Positions 58,901 through 64,000 of a stretch of 64,000 bases of DNA are shown here, one piece after another. Each line of letters opens with the position of its first letter. Within the stretch, counting starts at the first letter, position 1. Below the pieces are notes generated by a model. The model worked only from the letters and a program-made list of their open reading frames with translations. It was not told where the DNA came from and did not search any database. Origin of the DNA: an uncultured delta proteobacterium (lineage in GTDB: Bacteria > Desulfobacterota > Binatia > Binatales > Binataceae); contig CAVRVY010000004.1 in the NCBI GenBank assembly GCA_963724765.1, positions 224,001 to 288,000 of the forward strand, read 5' to 3'. The position numbers were made by a program, and so were the translations under genes.

Positions 58901-60139
58901 CTAAATCAGCTTGTCGCGTTTGAGCTCTTCGATCTCTCCCAGCTTGAGCCCCAGGAGCTCGCCGTATACGCGCTCGTTGTCGTGGCCAACGCCGACCGCG
59001 CCGCGGAAGATCTTGCCCGGCGTGGCCGAAAACTTCGGCACAACTCCGATACCCTTGACCTTGCCCGCCTGCTCGTCGGTCCATTCGACGTGCATGTCGC
59101 GCGCCTGGTATTGCTCGTTTTCCGCCATGTCCTTGCTCGACATGATCCGGTTACAGGCCACGTTATTCTCGTTCATGTGCCGCACGACTTCGACGGCGGG
59201 GCGCTCGTTGATCCACCCACGCAGCAACGCGTCGAACTCGATCCCTTCCATCGATTCGATGTCCAGGCGCGCCTTCTGCCATTTCGGATCAGCCGGGTCC
59301 AGGCCGATCGCCCGCACCACGCGATCGTAAACCTCGCCAATCGCGCCCAGCACCACCCATCCGTCGCTCGCCTCGAAGCTGTCGAGCGGCTGGAAGCCCT
59401 GCGCCTTGTTGCCCGAGCGTTCGCGCACCAATCCCTGTTGGAAGTACTCGACCATCGTGCCGCCGAGCGTGCGATGGATCGCTTCGTACTGTGCGATGTC
59501 GATCGCCTGGCCCTTGCCGAAGCTTCGCGCGTAGGTCAGCCCCGCCAGCGACGACCATAGGGTGAACAACGCCGTCAGGTAGTCGCCCGTCCACGGTGCG
59601 GCGCGCGAGGGCGGGGTCTCGGGAAAGCCGGTCTGATGCATGATGCCGCCGAAGGCCTGGCCCACGATGTCGTACGAGGTGCGCCCGATATAGTCGGGAT
59701 GGCCATATTGGCCGTAAGAGCTGACGTGGGTAATCACCAGCTTCGGATTGACTTTCCATACCGAGGCGTCGTCGAGGCCCCATTTCGGATAGGTCCCGGC
59801 CTTCGAGCTTTCCATCCAGATGTCGGCGCGCTCGACCAGGCGCAGGAACAGGTCGCGCCCGCGCGGCCGAGTGAGGTCAAGCGAGACGCAGAAGACGTTG
59901 CGCCGCTCCTGCACCCAGTTGGTCGCGGTCTCGCCCTTGCCGTCGCGCGTCTTGAGCCGGATGCCGACGGTGCGCCATCCCAGGTCGCCCACGCCGGGGC
60001 GTTCGATCTGGATGACCTCGGCGCCCATCTCGGCGGCCAGCGCCGCACCAAACGGCTGCGCGATCAAGGTGCCGCTCGAGACGATTTTGACCCCCTGGAG
60101 CGGTCCAAATGCCTCGGGTACAAGGGTTTTCTCCGCCAT
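58901..60139 (-). CDS. CaiB/BaiF family III CoA-transferase
   Basis: FGPLQGVK, GAEVIQIE, GDY catalytic Asp region. Confidence 0.92.
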   Translation of the reverse strand: MAEKTLVPEAFGPLQGVKIVSSGTLIAQPFGAALAAEMGAEVIQIERPGVGDLGWRTVGIRLKTRDGKGETATNWVQERRNVFCVSLDLTRPRGRDLFLRLVERADIWMESSKAGTYPKWGLDDASVWKVNPKLVITHVSSYGQYGHPDYIGRTSYDIVGQAFGGIMHQTGFPETPPSRAAPWTGDYLTALFTLWSSLAGLTYARSFGKGQAIDIAQYEAIHRTLGGTMVEYFQQGLVRERSGNKAQGFQPLDSFEASDGWVVLGAIGEVYDRVVRAIGLDPADPKWQKARLDIESMEGIEFDALLRGWINERPAVEVVRHMNENNVACNRIMSSKDMAENEQYQARDMHVEWTDEQAGKVKGIGVVPKFSATPGKIFRGAVGVGHDNERVYGELLGLKLGEIEELKRDKLI

Positions 60140-60435
60140 CGTGACCTCCTGGTGAAATACCGCCGTTCATCAAAACCGAATCATGCACCGTTTGCGCCGA
60201 AGGGGGCAACCCAAGCGCGTCTCAAGCGCATCTGATGACTAATCGCACTTCGCCGGACGTTTGCCGCATCTGCAAGCCGGGTTATTATACTGATGAATGC
60301 CGCGATTCACGGGCGGGGCGGGTGTGAAATCCGCGCCAGATCTATGCCAGATTTTTTGCCGAACTCTGTGACACACTCTTCGTCAAATCCAGAGACCCCA
60401 ATCATAAGACCCAGTCATAAGAAAGGTCCGCCGCG

Positions 60436-61764
60436 ATGAACGACGCGATTGACCAGCGCGAGCTTACCTTCATGGCCCTGGCCGGCCTCATCGGCGGCGC
60501 GCTCGGATGGCTTCCGGTCGAGCTGGTCAGCCACGGACACACGATCACGCAGGTCGAGAACATCTGGACCCAGCTCGCGGGGGTCGCCTCGATGGCGCTG
60601 TTCTGGGGGCTGGTCGGCGGCTTCATCGTCGCGGCGCAGGGCAAAAGCCTGCAATTCACACCGGCAGTCACGCGGCGTTTCCTGGTTGGACTTGTGGTCT
60701 GCTTCCTTATCGGACTGCCCGCGGTTTATTACTCCAACGTCGTCTTCACGATGATCCTCTCGGCCGGCGGATGGGGCGCCAATCAGGCCGGTTCGGAGAT
60801 CTATCTGCGCGTTGCGCGGGTGATCGGATGGGTCCTGATGGGGTTCATCTGCGGCGCCGGCGTAGGCCTGGCGAGCGGCTCGCTCAGGGATCTCGCGGGA
60901 TCGCTGCGCAACATCGTAAAGGGAGCGGTCGGCGGATGGGTGGGCGGCTTCGTCGGCGGCGTGGCCTTCGATATCATCGGGGCTAACGCGAGCGGTCTCT
61001 ACTCGCGGCTGTTTGGGCTGTGCGCGCTCGGATTGGCGGTCGGACTGCTGATCGGGCTGGTGCAGGAGTTGACCAAGAGCGCGTGGCTCAACGTCCAGGC
61101 GGGACGGCTGCGCGGACGCAGCTTCAATATCGATCGTGCGGTGGCGACGCTCGGGCGCGCCGAAGAAAACGTGGTCGGGCTTTTCGGCGATCCCGGCGTG
61201 CAGCCGCGCCATGCGGTGATCGAACGCCACGGCAACAGTTACGTGCTGAAGAATCTCGCCGTGCAGCAGGGCGTGTTCCTCAACGGCAACCGGATCGAAA
61301 CCGCCGAGCTGAACGAGGGCGACCGGATCAGGATTTCCGACTACGAACTGAGCTTTCATCTCAAGCGCGCCAGCGCCGGGCCGCGCCCTGCCGTCGTGCG
61401 CCAAAACGGTCAAAACGGCCGAGACGGCGCGCCGGCCTCCGTGTCCGCCGGGCCCGCGATGGCGCCGCACGTCGGACGGATGGCGACGCCGTGCCTGGTC
61501 GGCGCCAACGGACGCCGCTACGAACTGCGTCCGGGAGCGCCAACGACGTTGGGCCGCGCGATCGACAACGACATCGTTATCTCCGACGCTTCGGTCTCGC
61601 GCCGCCACGCGACTATCGTGCCGCAGGACGGCGGTTTCGCGCTGCGCGACCTGGCCAGCCAGAACGGCACTTTCATCCGCGGCCAACGGATCGACGGCGC
61701 ACGTCAGCTCGCCAACGGCGACGACGTGCGGTTGGGCGACGCGCCGTTTGTGTTCCATGGCTGA
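60436..61764 (+). CDS. Multi-pass membrane protein with two C-terminal FHA domains
   Basis: Gly-rich TM segments; FHA1 LGR...RHA...NG; FHA2 LGR...SRRHA...SQNGT. Confidence 0.9.
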   Translation: MNDAIDQRELTFMALAGLIGGALGWLPVELVSHGHTITQVENIWTQLAGVASMALFWGLVGGFIVAAQGKSLQFTPAVTRRFLVGLVVCFLIGLPAVYYSNVVFTMILSAGGWGANQAGSEIYLRVARVIGWVLMGFICGAGVGLASGSLRDLAGSLRNIVKGAVGGWVGGFVGGVAFDIIGANASGLYSRLFGLCALGLAVGLLIGLVQELTKSAWLNVQAGRLRGRSFNIDRAVATLGRAEENVVGLFGDPGVQPRHAVIERHGNSYVLKNLAVQQGVFLNGNRIETAELNEGDRIRISDYELSFHLKRASAGPRPAVVRQNGQNGRDGAPASVSAGPAMAPHVGRMATPCLVGANGRRYELRPGAPTTLGRAIDNDIVISDASVSRRHATIVPQDGGFALRDLASQNGTFIRGQRIDGARQLANGDDVRLGDAPFVFHG

Positions 61765-62179
61765 AACCGGCATGGCTGAAATGGTCAGAACCGAAACGGG
61801 CAGGAATGAAACCGCAACGACACGGGCGCGGTTCTGTTCGCAATGCGGCCAGCCGGTAGTAGTGGCCGAAGCGGTGTACTGCAAGCAGTGCGGCGCGCGA
61901 CTGGGTGGCGGGGAATGGCTCGGCGATCTGAGGTCACCTGCATTGATCGCGGTCGTGCTAAGCCTGGTGCCGGGGCTCGGCCATTTTTATGCCGGGCGCG
62001 CGGGGCGCGCGATCGGATGGTTCTTCGGGACACTTTGGGCTTACGATATTTCACCGTCGCTAGGCGTGCTGATTCACTTGGTATGCGCAGTGTCGGCGGC
62101 GCGCGCCGCCGCGCTTGATGCTGAGCGGCGCGGGACTCGCGCCTCCGGGGCGTTGACGGCAGGGCCGCCACCGCAGTAA
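61757..62179 (+). CDS. Zn-ribbon plus TM2-like membrane protein
   Basis: CSQCG...CKQCG; LSLVPGLGHFYAG. Confidence 0.82.
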   Translation: MAETGMAEMVRTETGRNETATTRARFCSQCGQPVVVAEAVYCKQCGARLGGGEWLGDLRSPALIAVVLSLVPGLGHFYAGRAGRAIGWFFGTLWAYDISPSLGVLIHLVCAVSAARAAALDAERRGTRASGALTAGPPPQ

Positions 62180-62197
62180 TTACCCGCGACCTTAGCG

Positions 62198-63862
62198 ATG
62201 ATTGCGCCAAACACCATAGTCGGCGGCCGTTACCGCGTCGTGAAGCCGCTCGGCGGCGGCGGGATGAAGCTGGTCTACCTGGCCGAGGACCTGCGGCTGG
62301 CGGCGCGCCGGTGCGCGCTGGCCGAGGTGGTCGATAATTTCACCAACCCCGACGCGCAGCGTCAGGCGGTCGACGCCTTCCAGCGCGAGGCCGACATGCT
62401 GGCGCGGCTTAACAACGAGCATATCCCCCGCGTCTTCGACCGCTTCAGCGAACAAAACCATCACTACCTGGTGATGGAATATATCGACGGTGCGACGCTC
62501 GAGGAGGAGACGAAGCTGGCGGGGGGCCGGCTGGCTCAGGCGCGCGTCATCGACATCGCGCTGCAAATCCTCGATACGCTCGAGTACCTGCACGGGCTCG
62601 AGCCGCCGGTCATCTATCGTGACCTCAAACCGTCCAACGTCATGATGATGGCCAATGGACAGGCCAAGCTCATCGACTTCGGTATCGCGCGCCATTTCCA
62701 GCCGCAGCAGAACGCGACCATGATCGGCACGCAGGGGTATGCGCCGCCCGAGCAATATCGCGGCAAGGTCGAACTGCGCTCGGACCTCTACGCGCTCGGC
62801 GCGACGATGCATCATGCGCTCAGCGGCCGCGACCCGGCCAACGAAGCGCCGTTCAGCTTTCCACCGCTCGCCACGTCATGTCCCGGCGCCGAACCAGCGC
62901 TGGCAGCGCTGGTCGACGACGCGCTCGCCTACGACGTCGAGCATCGCGTGCAAAGCGCGGCGGAATTCAAGCGCCGGCTGCAAGATATACGCGACGGCAC
63001 TCGCGCCGGCGTCGCTCCCACCGATGCGACAGCGCCATCAGTGACACTGGAACACGCAAACGGCGGAGAACATACACTCGCGACGGGAGCATCGCAGTCA
63101 ACCGCGCCGTCGCAGACGGCCACCGGCTCGCGCTCGCAGCTTCGGCTGCCGCTCGGAAGCGCCAGCGCGCCACGTCCCGCATCGCCGTCCGCGCCAACGG
63201 TGTTGCGTACGGCATCGGAGATCGATTGTACGAAATGCGGCCGGGCGATTCCCTCCGATTCGCGCTTCTGTTCCTTTTGCGGCGCGGAGGTGAGTGACGC
63301 GCACGCCGCGGCCGGCGTCGCATCCAATCACGAGGCCGAGACCGTGCTCCTTTCGGTGCCGCCCTCGGCCCAAGAGCGGCCGCGCGTGACGCCCCGCGGC
63401 GCGCGACTTTACCATCGGACGCGCAGCGCGCGCCGTCCCCTGCTGATCCTGGTGTTGATCTTCGTGAGCGCATTCGCGACGGTCAGAGCGGTCTCATGCC
63501 TGCAAATGAGCGACAATTCGGACGGCAACCCGCCCGACGCAACGCGCGCCGACGCACCAATACCCGCGATGCCCGCGCCTGACGCCTCGGCGCCCGGCAC
63601 AGAGCCCGAACCTTTTCCGCCTGACTCTCCGTCCTCGGCTCCGGAGTTTCGCGCCGCGCGGCTGGATGCCTTTCGGGCAGCGCTTGACGCCGGCGGATTA
63701 ACCGGCGTGCACTTCCGGATGGTGGGCGACACGATGGTGTTGACCGGGACGGTGCCGACCACGACCGACGAAGCGATGGTGCAAATGCTGGCGTTGAACG
63801 TCGCAGGCGTCGCTTCGCTCAAAGATCATATCCGCGTGCAGGACGGCTCCGCCGGCCCATAG
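62198..63862 (+). CDS. Hanks-type Ser/Thr kinase with Zn ribbon, TM and BON domain; WNK-like lysine placement
   Basis: GGGGMK loop, YRDLKPSN, DFG, GT.GYAPPE; CTKC...CSFC; TM; V.L.G.V...V.GV.S..D.I.V BON pattern. Confidence 0.93.
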   Translation: MIAPNTIVGGRYRVVKPLGGGGMKLVYLAEDLRLAARRCALAEVVDNFTNPDAQRQAVDAFQREADMLARLNNEHIPRVFDRFSEQNHHYLVMEYIDGATLEEETKLAGGRLAQARVIDIALQILDTLEYLHGLEPPVIYRDLKPSNVMMMANGQAKLIDFGIARHFQPQQNATMIGTQGYAPPEQYRGKVELRSDLYALGATMHHALSGRDPANEAPFSFPPLATSCPGAEPALAALVDDALAYDVEHRVQSAAEFKRRLQDIRDGTRAGVAPTDATAPSVTLEHANGGEHTLATGASQSTAPSQTATGSRSQLRLPLGSASAPRPASPSAPTVLRTASEIDCTKCGRAIPSDSRFCSFCGAEVSDAHAAAGVASNHEAETVLLSVPPSAQERPRVTPRGARLYHRTRSARRPLLILVLIFVSAFATVRAVSCLQMSDNSDGNPPDATRADAPIPAMPAPDASAPGTEPEPFPPDSPSSAPEFRAARLDAFRAALDAGGLTGVHFRMVGDTMVLTGTVPTTTDEAMVQMLALNVAGVASLKDHIRVQDGSAGP

Positions 63863-63961
63863 AGCGTTCGCGGCAGCGCTGAAAAAGAAATCAACCCGGC
63901 GCGCGTCGGATCGCGCGGCGGCTTTCCAAGCCACGCCGGCAAATGTGAGAATCGTTGCGTC

Positions 63962-64000
63962 ATGCTCATCGACCTGCACGTCCATACGCTGCTCTCCTCG
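63962..64000 (+). CDS. PHP-domain protein (5' end only, truncated by window)
   Basis: MLIDLHVHT..S is the PHP N-terminal motif. Confidence 0.7.
   Translation, partial: MLIDLHVHTLLSS

Noticed and set aside
60394-60422. Near-direct repeat GACCC(C)ARTCATAA upstream of the FHA gene
   Set aside because: Only two short copies next to the RBS; cannot distinguish an operator from slippage
62198-62330. Simple dead pseudokinase or sequencing error explaining the missing beta3 Lys
   Set aside because: Lys->Ala and Gly->Lys each need at least two base changes and are reciprocal, and the other catalytic motifs are intact

Overview
High-GC bacterial chromosomal segment. The gene content and order are delta-proteobacteria-like, possibly class Binatia, which is only an inference from content such as F420-type LLM, SnoaL proteins, CoA-transferases and acyl-CoA dehydrogenases. 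Most of the window is housekeeping and metabolism: uvrC/uvrB/uvrA, ompA-like, pgeF, comF, purMN, grxC, glpK, gshA, gspC, DD-carboxypeptidase, sppA, and rpmE-prfA-prmC-murA-hisD-hisB-hisA. I saw no rRNA, tRNA, CRISPR array, transposase or integrase. Three regions stand out. (1) 3626-6240, between uvrC and uvrB: seven same-orientation 28-bp sites with dif-like 11-6-11 geometry and an invariant GAAATA core. Nearly every interval holds one small gene or gene remnant (three 123-aa paralogs, a decayed Cys-rich gene, a 56-aa Zn-finger-like ORF), so this is a candidate recombinase-site-delimited cassette array. (2) 60436-63862: an operon with a membrane FHA-FHA protein, a Zn-ribbon protein and a Ser/Thr kinase. 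The kinase lacks the canonical beta3 lysine and carries Lys at the third-glycine position of the Gly-rich loop, the layout of eukaryotic WNK kinases. (3) 55011-57861: a DHDPS/NAL-family aldolase next to a PfkB kinase-SIS isomerase fusion, a possible Kdo/ulosonate salvage route. All motif searches were done by eye.
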